DNA from: Dimorphilus gyrociliatus
Lineage: Eukaryota; Animalia; Annelida
DNA length: 35,842 nucleotides
NCBI GenBank assembly: GCA_904063045.1
Contig: CAJFCJ010000100.1
Span: 91,856 to 127,697 of the forward strand
Direction of reading: 5' to 3'
Part shown: positions 19,801-31,174 of the stretch, piece by piece
How positions within the stretch are numbered: the stretch's first letter is position 1
Layout: the number at the start of each line of letters is the position of its first letter
Translations under genes and position numbers: made by a program
Notes under the pieces: generated by a model
Databases searched by the model: none
What the model saw: only the letters and a program-made list of their open reading frames with translations
What the model was told of the DNA's origin: nothing

Positions 19801-22002
19801 TACTATAGATCAGTTTCTTCTATCTTTAATAACCTTCATTTCTTTTGACAAAACATATTCAAAGATTTTATAGATGTTATTTCAGTTTATTTACTTCCTG
19901 GAAAAGTGCCATCAAAAGATCTCTTCTCCCAATCCTTTATTTTGTGAGATAATAGCATTAGGTCTTTGAGCATTGCGACAATTTCATAAGTTTGAAAGGA
20001 CAGAAAACCTAGAGTACTATTTTTTGATGAGCATATCTTTGCACTTTTATTTATTGATATTCTCTTCTTTCTCGTGATAATCAGAAAGCAAAATGCTTGG
20101 AAGAGGAAAGCCTTGGGATCCTTACAGTCTATCATGAAATATAATGCATAGATACTACTCACTCACTCTAAATTATCTATATTTAACCTTTGCCAGTATT
20201 TGAACATTTCACATTCACCATTCTGCCAATGTTATCTTCCAGAAGGGAATCAGCTCTTCTGTCTCTAATTTTCATTGTGCAAAGAGAATTGTTTTTGATT
20301 TGAGTACATTTCATGAAAATATTATAAATAATTAAAATATATGTTTTTGAAAAGCTTTTGATTTCTCCTGACCAAAAACCAAATGTCTTGCAAAGAACTT
20401 TTAATTCATTGAATTGAAGAAATTGAAAAGTTGGTTGAAACCAAACATTTTTATAGAAAATTTGAAGACTTCGAATGAATTGATTGAAATGATGAATCTC
20501 TCCAAAGTGCAAAATCTTTGCTGGACTATTGAAAAGTCTGTAATAGAAATCTGCAGAAAAAGTAACAGGATTTGACAAACTTTTTCAGAAATCTACAAAC
20601 TTGAATGGGTTTTATTTTGACATTTGAAAAATATAATCTTGCCACTTTTTTTTCTTCGAATTTTGCAACTGGCCAAAAAATCATTCAAAGTAAAATCACA
20701 ATTGTTCAATGATATACATCTAAAATTGTTAAAATCCTGATTGATTGATCTGCATTGATTATAATTTTCAAACTGTTGAAAGTTTTTGAACAAATTCAAA
20801 ATGTTTGTCACAACTGTAAATTCATGTATATTTGCATAATCTTTGGATTTAAGTACTGTGTATGGTGGTCCAAAAACCTTTGAATCCTGTTTGCAAATTA
20901 ACAAACCAGCTTGGTAGATATTTAATTTATTAAAAAAAGCTAATGGGAAATAACCCATTGTTTTTTAAATGACTATAAAGGAAGTGCCAAACTGGGCAAT
21001 ATTCTTAAACATTAGATTGTGAAAAGATTGGGGCATCTTTTCAATCATAAAATCTTTGTAGAAATACAATCAATGTTGAAAATAGGGACAGGAAAAGAAA
21101 GTCTCACCTTTCAATTGATGATATGAGCAGGTAAATGATTCATTTAAGTAATTGTAATATTTTGATAATTTAATCACAAATGTTCCATTTTCAGTGACGA
21201 AACCTGTGTAATCTTTCATGACTATTCTTCTATTCATTTTCTTGTAATTTTCCTAGAAATGAACTTTTCCGCACAAATTCTCAGCATTTACTCCTTCAGA
21301 TTTTGAAGATGGAAGAAAAATCTTCTGTTTATACCTTAAATATAATTGGTAGTCACTTTGAAAATCCATTTGCATTGCAAACAAAACTGAAGGGGACAGA
21401 ATGTTACAAAATATTAATTGCTAAATCAACAGTCAATTTGTACTTGTTTGATGAATTCTAAAGCATTTTATGCACAGGGGAAAGACGTCTAGATACTTTT
21501 TCGGAAGTTTATAACTGTGGAATCATTGTTTGAATTGAATTTCAGATTTGAGAATGAAGGAGAAAGCATTAGACAAAAAAAATTGCTAGCATGAAACCTT
21601 TTTTTCTAAAGTAATATATATAGGTTCAGGACTTTCTGGAAAGAGAAGAAGTTGGTTTGGAAGTGTATTAATCATTGAAGAAACCATGGAACCTTTTCTC
21701 TCCAGACAAGCTTGAGCTAATGAGAATTTCCCATCATATCCCATCATGTGGCAAATAGTCTTCAGATATCCTCTTTTAATTTCTGAATAAGAGGCAAGTG
21801 TTAAAATCTGATCAGTTGATCATATTTTCACTTTCAATTGCCCATAGACAAACAATTTATCTTCTTGAATTTTAACTATAGAATATTGAAGATTTTCATC
21901 ATTTTTTATTTCAATTACTTCTTCTCCATTGGGACAATCTTTTTTTGCAATTGCAACTGAAATGAGAAAAATCAAATGAACAAAGGTGAAAATTCTAATC
22001 AT
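16850..22002 (-). pseudogene. GRL101-like LDLa-LRR GPCR (LGR type C2-like) pseudogene with extended mosaic ectodomain; 7TM lost after about TM5
   Basis: Signal peptide MIRIFTFVHLIFLISVAIA, SRCR-like (ICHMMGY, LCKTFGF) and CTL-like segments, six LDLa modules (18180-19370), LRRs (17306-18175), TM1 LLKIFLWIF, and TM2-ECL1-TM3 FSLIIADL..GIVD..YIEYDYMWRNSLGC. Many in-frame TGA/TAG/TAA stops (first at 21820-21822) and frameshifts. Confidence 0.85.
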
Positions 22003-22444
22003 ATTTCTCTAATGATAAATTACAAACTAGTATTTTTTTTCTTAATATACAAAGCTTTTTAATTAATAATTGAAAGAAAAGACAGTAATGTAATCTATTG
22101 ATTATCTTGTAGTTTTTCAAACTGTAAGTGCCCCATTAACTCTCAGTTGAAGAATTATCCACCTTATGTGTCATGTGTTCATTCACTTTATTTATACTTG
22201 GATACTCTCTGCTAGAGCACTACAAATCACCATTCTGAACTTTAAATATATTTTCAATCTGGAAAAATAAACCTGATTACAAAGATTGAATTTTTTTAAA
22301 GAAAATACAAATAATAAGTTAATAATACTGCAAAAGATGACAATGAAGGTTCTTCAGATTCATTCAAAGATTTATCATTTTTATTAAAAATCTAATGTTG
22401 AAAAAAAAGATAACATAAAATTTTAATTTATCTATTGACAACTT

Positions 22445-23182
22445 TCAGCAACTTACTTTAAATGTACCAAAGCATTTATATGAATTTAAATTTGAATCAA
22501 AATTTATATATAATTTCAAGATTCCTGAATCTAATCCAGTTTTACCCATAACATTCTACATTATGTCAAAATGATCAGCATTAAACCATTTTTCATCTGA
22601 TGATCTAACAATAGCAACTTTTTTTTGCATTTGGAATTTCTATTAAAAATTTAACATCTGTATTGTAATACAGCTTGTGAAATGGTTCAATTGAACACTT
22701 TCATTGCAACCTTGGCTTGCAATGAAAACACAAGTGTAAGCTAGCAAATAACTACCTGCAGAATTACATTCTCTAACATAAATATTATAAGTGTAAATAC
22801 CAGGCATTGGAAAGTTAACCTTGAACTTAACTTCAGCTTTGTCCATTCATTCATTTTAACATATATATTGCGCCATGGTGGAAGTGGATGTGACAGAAAG
22901 TGTCCATGAATTTACAGTCTTTCTTAGTCAGGATCCTCTCAACTATAAGACAATGATTCATTTATGTTTTTGCCAGCCCTGAGAAAATATAAAGAAAATA
23001 TAAATTACTTGTTCTCCATGAACTTTGGTCCATTCTCTATTTGCTATTCTCAATTTGATGTCTGTTGGATAAGAGATTTCAGTATAATCTATTTTGTCTG
23101 TAATTTTATCACTATTCGAGTTCATAATTCCCTCTTCCTTCCAGGAAGACAGGAGGCAGAATAAAGCACTGTGGGAAAACAT
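22445..23182 (-). pseudogene. Fragment resembling the C-terminal Ig-like repeats of kyphoscoliosis peptidase/hillarin-like proteins
   Basis: VKFKVNFPMPGIYTYNIYV...YLLAYTCVF and IEIPNAKKVAIV...KW...LYINFDSNLNSYKCFGTFKV. Stops and frameshifts; no transglutaminase domain seen. Confidence 0.55.
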
Positions 23183-23469
23183 TCCTACTTTCTCATCTAT
23201 TTTTAGAAATATCTATTTTCAAAGAGAAATAATTTATAATTTTAATGCATATAGATTAAAGTTGACCTAATGTTAATCAGTGTATGTTATTGAAGACCAA
23301 CTCATCAGTTTAGTAATAGTGGGTATTTACAATTTATGAATATAAATTAATTTGTGAGAAGAGTTCAGTTTACTCAGTGAAAACTCTGATATTTAAAAAT
23401 TTGATTCTGGAATATTTTAACAATAATTAAACTGGAAGGGAAATTCAGAACCTTCAAACTGTATTATTT

Positions 23470-23600
23470 GTATAAATATTCCTGTTTAATTTATTGCACC
23501 ATCCTTCCAGATCATTGTTGGTTCTGATTGGCTCATCATCTATAGATCAGGTATGATATGGAAAATATCAATATAACCACTAATTGTTTAGGCAAGTCCT
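23470..23600 (-). mobile_element. MULE transposase C-terminal catalytic fragment
   Basis: WLY*YFPYHT*SIDDEPIRTNNDLEGWCNKLN contains the RTNNxxEGW motif carrying the catalytic Glu. Confidence 0.8.
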
Positions 23601-24861
23601 ACATTTCTAAAAGTTATCTTTTCAATATTCTACTGTTTTTGCTAAGTTAGAACAAAACAAGTGGAAAATGGATAAATTATATCAAACTTAACAAATCAAC
23701 CTTGTCAGCTTTAGGTTTTAAACTTGTTTTCTTCATTTTTTCAGTGTGGTTTAAAAAAAATAGCCATTCATATAATTCAATTTTAAAATGGCATATTGAC
23801 TGTTGTCTTTGATCCTTTTAACTAAATTGGCTTTAAAAACATGGATGCACTGCATCTATTAAAAAATAGAAATGATTATAAAGATAAATAGTTTTAAAAA
23901 AAAATGTAAATAATAAGCTGGCAAATGATGACAGCTAATACAAGTGCAAATTCTCAACAAGAGCAAAGAGAACCTGCACCCAAGTAAACTAGTTTACACA
24001 AACTTAGTTGGTCACAGTACCTTTGGCTAGGTAGGCCTTCTTGTAGTTAGGAAAATTTTCACAACAACAGTTTAAACTCAATGAAATAGATTTGTATTCA
24101 AAAATAAAATAAGCAATATTTCACCCTTTGAATTGCTTTTATAAGCAATTTTACATCATTAAACATTACAAATAGCATGTGAATTTTTATAAAAATTGTA
24201 AATGGAAAGTTGTTTAAATGGTTTATTGAAAAGAACTAAAACATTTACTATATATTTAATTTAACTATGAAAATAGATATCATGTCTTCAAACTTTGTAT
24301 ATAGTAAATATTTTTCATTCACTCATTTGCTAATTTAAGATCTTTGAGATTTCTTATGCTATATCTCCATCCAATGCTAATGAATATAATGAATGATATA
24401 TATCATCTAATTCTTTTGAGATATTTAATTGGTTGATTTTAAAAAATGGACTAGGTCTACGTTAGAACATAGTGAGATTTTATTAAAATTCCAACTTTGA
24501 TAAGTTTTTACAATCCTTTTAAAAATAAGAATGGTGAATTGTCTTGCTATAAGACTAGGCTGTGTCATGAAGAATTTAAATGAGACTTTTATGTTTGAAC
24601 AGTTGAGACAACAATTAAATATTTAATCCTATTTATTAGTGTCAATTTTATCATTTAATTAGAAACAATAGCAATTATTGGATTATTAATATTCTTGTAT
24701 AATGATAAATTGAGTTGCAGCATCTCTTTGTCTATCTCTAACAATGGTATTACTATTTAAATAATTATATAGAACTGAGAACTGAGCAATAAAATATGAA
24801 CAATTAGAAAAATATAATTAGAATTGGAGATTTGACATTAAAAGATAGTTTCAAAAATATC

Positions 24862-26028
24862 TTATACACAAACATTAATTAATTGTTTAGTTGATGAAAT
24901 TTGAATTTCACAAAATACAAGGGAACTTGACAAACTACGAATAATTATATTGTCATAATTTTTACCATAACATTCAAATTTGCATAAATTCACTTGAATA
25001 TCAACTAGTTTACACAAATAGTTCTTTTCATTCCAGTTGTTTGAAACAACAATACTTGAGCATTTATCTTTGTTGTCTAAAAGATAAATTGCAACTTCTA
25101 TGGGATAACTGATAAGGTCTGCTGTAGTAAATTTAATTACTGCCTTCAATGGAACCATTATTTGTCTTGCAGGGCATTCTGTAATTCCATCACCTAGTGA
25201 ATCAATCCAACTCTTCTCCAAGTAATTAATGCAGATATGTTCAGTTGAAATATTAAATAGGGCTAACATTTAAGTCAAGTTTACAGGCAATTTACTTATT
25301 AAATTAGAATACATTTTAAACTTACCTAGGCACATAGGCTTATGAGAATTTACAGTTTTTCCAGAAGTCAGCATAGCGTCAGGTACTGAAATGGAGCCAA
25401 GCAAGTGGCAATGTTCAGCCTTGTTGACAGCATAACAGCCTGAATTTTCAGAACATTTTTGCTCACAGGCTTCCAAGTTATTAATGGGCAAATTTTGGAT
25501 AACACAAGGATCGCAATGATAAATTAAATGGTTGTTGTCTGTCCTCTTCCAATTCTGGCAATCTGTAACAAAGGTGTTGTAAACCATTAATATATATATA
25601 TATATATATAATTGGGGTTAGGTTAACCCTAACTCATATTGACAAACCTGGATTCGGAATTTTTGTATATAAGAAGGTATGTAATTCCTCTTCTGTATAT
25701 TTTTTGTACGAACCGTAATCTTTCTTTCTACAATCTTTTGTTAATTCATTATATTCAACACTTGAACAAACTTTATCATTGATACACGATTCAAGACAAC
25801 TTTTCCTATCCAAATTTGGTGTTATTCTTAAACCTTTCATACCTAAATATTTTCTATTCACCTGGCCCACAAAAGTTTGGCACACTGGGTAAAATGTCAT
25901 TAAAATAAAGTAATTATTAGTAATATGAATGGTATAAATATACTTGATTTATCAATGTAGATTTGTTGAAACTCAACGCCATTTGCCAACACAAGAAGAA
26001 GAAAAACAGAGTTAATTCTTTGATACAT
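24862..26028 (-). CDS. Secreted protein, 319 aa: signal peptide, two PAN/Apple domains, C-terminal galactose-binding/F-type-lectin-like beta-sandwich; 4 exons (26028-25944, 25884-25648, 25562-25326, 25262-24862)
   Basis: All three GT-AG introns (59, 85, 63 bp) are phase 1 and splice to a stop-free 960-nt CDS. PAN patterns SCLESCINDKVCSSVEY and ACEQKCSENSGCYAV; C-terminal LVFCEIQI. Confidence 0.8.
25590..25610. repeat. (TA)n microsatellite in intron 2 of the PAN gene
   Basis: Directly visible. Confidence 0.9.
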
Positions 26029-26890
26029 TCTTAGCTGCAGAATTCAAATTTTACAATGCCTACATACACAATATATATAGAGGTTGAATTAATGAATAAA
26101 TACAATGCAACAGTTGAAAGGAGTGAATTTTCAAGTAATCTAATTGATCATTGAATAAATGTTAGGAAAATCTATATTTATAAAAATCAATACATAATAA
26201 TATATAAATATTATAAATCAATCAAAACAAATATTCTGTTCATCATTGTATTTGGATGGTATGAAATATAAGAAATATACAATGTACCATCTAACATATA
26301 CCTCAATAAATAGATACAAATTTTTCCTCTTTTCAACTGTGAACAATCTATGGAAATAGACGCATTGTGAGAACATTTCTATAAAGATTTCCTCAAGAAA
26401 ATTCCTTCCTTGATCAGTTCTGTGACTGTCAGAAAGATCTGTAGACAGTAAAGAAAACCATATCAGAAAATCCAAAGTCAGATTTTTGGCCTATGGGAAC
26501 AATTTGCAGTTAGATCAATATCTGCATCATAGTTATTAGAAAAGAGAGCAAGCATTTATATTAGACAAACCCTATTACATTAATAAAATATTACATACTT
26601 ATTTCTTCAAATTTTTCAAATTTCCATTCAAATATTAATCTCAAAACCATTTTTTATATATAAAAATATTGTGGGTGTCTTCTCTTATGTTATGGATATT
26701 TTATCTGTAAACCTATGACTTTTATCCTGTAAGTCAAAACTTGAGCTCTTCATAGTAAAGATGATCAAATTGAAATTTTAGTGCTTAGCTTGAGTAAAAG
26801 AAGATATCAGTAAACAAAGTAACAAAAAGTGAGTGATGTAATCACAAAAAAGATATATAGAAACTAAAAAATAGCTTAGAAATAGATTTT

Positions 26891-27028
26891 GGATGAGGAA
26901 AACATCCACAAATCAGTGCTTTTACCCTAACCAGTACAAATCAGTTGCTGTCTTCCTCTTGCTAACCATTTCTCAATCCAAAATCTAGTTTTGAAAGTTC
27001 TCTTTTGTGGACACTTTCTGTTGACCTC
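26891..27028 (-). mobile_element. MULE-type MITE, internally deleted copy
   Basis: Inverted homolog of 29270-29475 lacking most of the TTAGGG-rich core. Flanks ATAGATTTT / ATAGATTTC form a 9-bp TSD with one mismatch. Confidence 0.85.
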
Positions 27029-27433
27029 ATAGATTTCTAATGATTTTTTATTGGTTTTATCTATCTCCCATGGTTTCAGTTTTTAAAGAGGTAATTAAAC
27101 TACTGAAATCAAGTTTTAAATGTGTAATTTTGGATAAGATTTCACCAGTTTATTGATATATTTTTAGAGGTTGCTCATACAAAATTGAAGAAGCTGCATA
27201 TGACAAATAAGATTTTAGGTGATTAGTAACTTTTCTGGGATATTTTCCAAAATATCTCAAAATAGGGAATTTGTATACTATATCATACATATTTTAGAAA
27301 TAATTAAATGTAATATGGACGATAGACAAATCTTTTGGGGAAATTACTTGAAATTTGTTTGAATATTGTGCAACATTAATTAGTCATAGAACAAATGTAT
27401 TGCAAAACCAGTTAGTATAACATTTTATGGAAT

Positions 27434-27512
27434 TCTCCAACCTTTGAAATTCAACTATTATTTAGAAGAAAAACACAATAAAAAAATCAACATATTTGCA
27501 ACTTTTCTTTGT
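27434..27512 (+). mobile_element. Short relic of the retroelement LTR/leader (inverted relative to 2862-2940)
   Basis: tctccaacctt.gaaattcaactattatttagaaga...acttttctttgt is shared. Confidence 0.8.
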
Positions 27513-27663
27513 ACACTATTAGGCCTATCCAAAAAAGTTCAAACAAGTAGCTTGTTTCAACTTGTTCAAGCTGAATAAGCATTTCTAGACCTATATTAGA
27601 CCTGTTCACTAAGGGAGTTGATAAGGATTGTTCACAACAAACAGGGTCAATTGTTACATTATA

Positions 27664-29110
27664 CAGTATGGGTAACCTATTTTTGAACGCCCAGCTTTTT
27701 TCTATATTAGTTAAAATATTTTTTCTTTAACATTAATTTTACAATCCAACAATTAGACAAGGCAATTGTGACTTTGTAATCAACATATTCAATTAATTAA
27801 ATCTTTGTATTTTACTGTTTAAAAAACAAAAAAATTTTTATTATGAAAAAATCGTGAAAAGTACCCAATATCCTATTTTTGAACAATAATTAAAAATTTA
27901 TGAAAATGACCAAATTTTTTTGCTTTCCCACACGAAAATTTATGTCAAGAATCAAAGTAGGATAACAATTTTAAAAAAGTTAAAAATGCCAAAAATAAGC
28001 TTGGACATGAGAAAATTAGTGTTGGAAAAGAGGAAGGAGAAGATGTCAATGAATGAAATTGGAAAACAATTAAAAATTTCAAAGGGATCTGTCCATTACA
28101 TAACAAAAAAATTTGAGAAACATGGAACTATTAGCAATCTATCAAAACTCTGTATGCCAAAGATTTTAACACAAAGGGGAGAGAGAAAAATTTGCCAAAT
28201 TTCAAAGAGAAATCCATTTCTAACGGCAAGGAATGTGCTTGAACATTCAGGATTAGGTTCCAAAATTTCTCTATCGACATGCAAAAAGATTTTGCAAAAA
28301 AACGACCTTAAAGGCTATGTTGCAACAAGTAAGCCAGTGCTAAAACCTTGCCATGCAAGAAATTGAAAATCTTTTTATTTGTCTATGTTAAATAAGAGTC
28401 AAGAAGATGTAAACAAAATTATATTTTCCGATGAAAGTCGGATTGAATTGTATCCAAAAAGGAGAATTTGTGTCCATAGGGGGAGTCATAAATGGTATGA
28501 CCCAAAATACACCAAAAAAGCAGTTCTAACAGCAAATTTGTCAATATCAATATGGGGGTGTATAAAAGCTGATGGAACAAGAGCTATAAAGTTATATAAT
28601 GGGTATATGGATAGCAATTTATACCAAGAAATAATTGAGGAGAAGCTATTTCCAATCTTTGAGCCAGACAACCTGCTTATGCAGGATGGTGCCAAATGTC
28701 ATACATTGGCATCTACAAGGACATTTCTTGAGAGAAACAATATAGCAGTTTTACAAAACTGGCCATCCAGAAGCCCAGAATTAAACATTATTGAAAATTT
28801 GTGGGCTTACTTAAAAAATAGGTTGCAAACCCACGTTTTGTGGACAAAAGATGATTTGTGGAGGGCAGTAGAAGAGGAATTTAATAACATTCCAAATTGG
28901 TATATTGCAAATTTATACAAAAGCTTCTATAAAAGAGCCAGATTATGTTGGAAAAATAAAGGATATAATATAAGGTATTAAAGAAAAAGAAAAAGTGATT
29001 ATTTGAAGTAATATAATCTATATGTTAATAAAATGTAAAAATAAACATATTTCTTAACTTTTCTAACAACATTTTTATCAGAATTCATAAAGTTCAAAAA
29101 TAGGATACTG
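27664..29110 (+). mobile_element. Tc1/mariner-superfamily DNA transposon (Tc1-like), 1447 bp, TA target duplication
   Basis: TA|CAGTATGGGTAACCTATTTTTGAAC at the left end, GTTCAAAAATAGGATACTG|TA at the right end, and an inner direct repeat at 27864-27884. Confidence 0.9.
27986..28981 (+). pseudogene. Tc1-like transposase with a single in-frame TGA (28364-28366); DD35E catalytic spacing
   Basis: The two listed ORFs are in the same frame (offset 459 nt). Bipartite HTH N-terminus, then FSDESR, QDGAKCH and WPSRSPELNIIENLW. Confidence 0.9.
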
Positions 29111-29178
29111 TATTTATGTAAATATACCCTTGTTATTGTCAACATGTTTGGCTATGTAACATCTTATCCTTTTTTTAG

Positions 29179-29247
29179 GGGTTGATACTGGCAGTTCGGT
29201 ACCATCTACCCCAGAGGCAACATCTACTTCAACACTTCTACCATATA
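29179..29247 (+). other. Orphan 69-bp phase 1-1 exon encoding a Ser/Thr/Pro-rich peptide (GVDTGSSVPSTPEATSTSTLLPY)
   Basis: Strong acceptor (cttttttttag) and donor (gtaagt), open frame, higher GC than the flanks; partner exons not identified. Confidence 0.35.
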
Positions 29248-29269
29248 GTAAGTATTATTTATAAAATAT

Positions 29270-29475
29270 GGGGTTGACAGAAAACGTCCACAAATGAGAA
29301 ATTTCAAGACAAAAATTTGGATTGAAAAATGGTTAGGCAGGAGAAAACAGCATTTGATTTGTACTTAGGAGGGTCTCCTCTAAGGGTTAGGGCTAATGGA
29401 AAAGGTTAGGTACAGTTAAGGGCTGGGTTAGGGTTAGGATAAATCACTGATTTGTGGACGTTTTCTGTTGCATCC
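29270..29475 (+). mobile_element. MULE-type MITE, 206 bp, with telomere-like GGTTAG repeats inside
   Basis: TIRs GGGGTTGACAGAAAACGTCCACAAAT / ATTTGTGGACGTTTTCTGTTGCATCC; perfect 9-bp TSD ATAAAATAT (29261-29269, 29476-29484). Confidence 0.92.
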
Positions 29476-29604
29476 ATAAAATATCTGTAAACTATAGTTC
29501 ATAAGTGTACATTTATTTTGTTTCTTTAAGCTTAGTAAGAGAAAAATTGAAAATAAGTCTGAGTCAGAAAATTATTAGAAATACAAGACAAAGCTCCCAT
29601 TTCT

Positions 29605-29862
29605 TTAACTGTCTTCTCCAAAGTTGATGTTTAAATTATCTATATCTGATTTAATATCCACATATCCTCTAATTAATCCTCTACAGAAAGGACATTCAGG
29701 CTTTGACAAACTCAACAAACATTCCTTACAAGAAAATACATGACTACATGGTAAGAGCAATGTATTTGCTAGTTTGCTAAAGCAAAGTTTACACTGAAGT
29801 TTGGCTTTTAAATCTTGAAATTCATTTAATTGAGTGTTTTGTGAACTGTAGTTTTGTGACAT
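29605..29862 (-). CDS. C3HC4 RING finger (IAP/mind-bomb/MDM2-like subtype); 85-aa stand-alone ORF or terminal exon of a larger gene
   Basis: CKLCFSKLANTLLLPCSHVFSCKECLLSLSKPECPFCRGLI. An in-frame AG acceptor at 29874 lies just upstream of the ATG. Confidence 0.75.
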   Translation of the reverse strand: MSQNYSSQNTQLNEFQDLKAKLQCKLCFSKLANTLLLPCSHVFSCKECLLSLSKPECPFCRGLIRGYVDIKSDIDNLNINFGEDS

Positions 29863-31174
29863 TTCAAACTCAACTGAATATGAGATCAACAATTATCCAT
29901 ATTTCATAATATCCAGTAAGGTAATATGAAAATTTTGCAATTTCTTAGAAATGAGATAAGCAAATATGACAGATAAAAAGCCCAACAGAAAATGGACCTG
30001 ATTGGAACTGAAAAAACATTTTTCAATCTAAAATATATTTATAAGATTTTGTTTTTCGCTTATAGCACGAAATTCCTAAGAATTTCGTTTAAATTGTATT
30101 TGATGTTCTTTTGGTCTCCCACATTAGCATATTACATTCTGTTTATATATAAACAAGAAATAAAGTAAATTTTTTAAAGTGTGCTTATTTGAACAGTTGA
30201 ATATATTATAAGACTACAACTTAAAAAATCATGCAATTTACCAACATTTGATGTGTTTATTGAGCTTCTAAATGAAGTTCAGAACACTTTTCTAGAACTT
30301 CTGATGAAGTCATCTCATGGTTTCAAATCTTGCCCAAATTGAAAATATTTTATTTTGCAGGTACTTATAAAGCTTTCTTTGGTATCTTAATATCTTCTTT
30401 TCTGATAACATTCTTTGATATGCTGGCATAAGATCAATTCCTCCACTTCCTCAGTTTAAAGTCAATTTTTATGAAGAATTTGAAATTTGTCATTTAGTAT
30501 ATTGGAGTGATCAGAAGTGTCAATATTCTTGTTCATGTGCAGATCGATATTGCAAAGCTGTTCACATTAACAGTTTCTATAATATTGAACAATCTCTTAA
30601 AATATGTGAAATTAAATTTTCATAATGAAATCACTAAATAACATTTTTCTATAATAGAATGTTTTGGTTGTCTAGTAGCTATTTTTAAATACATATGTAC
30701 TTTATTGTCACATGATAACAATTCTATTATTACCAAAAAATTAAAATAGTATTGAGTTGAGAGTTCATTTCTCTATAAATGATGTATTTTCAAAAATGTT
30801 TGAATGAATTGTTAAAAGAATGTAACAGTTTAAAGATATTGAATACATTATATATTATTGTTCAACAATATTCTCAAACCTATATTTCAAACTATCCAAC
30901 ATTCTCATATCATATTGTACAACAAATTTTTGATTGTTTAAATGCAAGTCTTCTTCACACAGTCTCAGCTTACTTAATTTTGCATCATGTGATGTAAACA
31001 ATAAACCAGCTGAACAAGCTGAATTCAAGATTTCAGAACTTTAGAAAGAGTTATATTTCTTAGGAAATAGATTATTTACTCATATTAGATAGAGTCACTA
31101 TGGAATTAACAAAGGAACAAAAAACATGGAAAAGATGCATGCCAAAGTTGTTACATCTTATTCAAGACTATGTG

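Noticed and set aside
23984-23997. Perfect 14-bp palindrome GTAAACTAGTTTAC
   Set aside because: Isolated, with no linked feature; one such palindrome is plausible by chance in AT-rich DNA.
25611-25634. Inverted telomere-like motifs (ggggttaggttaaccctaac)
   Set aside because: Too short for a telomere fusion scar; likely a remnant of a GGTTAG-containing MITE.
26218-26475. 85-aa minus-strand ORF and neighbouring exon-like stretches to 27430
   Set aside because: Non-ATG start, no recognisable motif, and the flanking frames are full of stops; cannot be supported as a gene.
16850-28981. Alternative genetic code or stop readthrough, suggested by many in-frame TGA codons
   Set aside because: TAA and TAG stops and frameshifts occur in the same genes, the TGA sites correspond to different expected residues, and the NLR, gag and PAN genes are open under the standard code.
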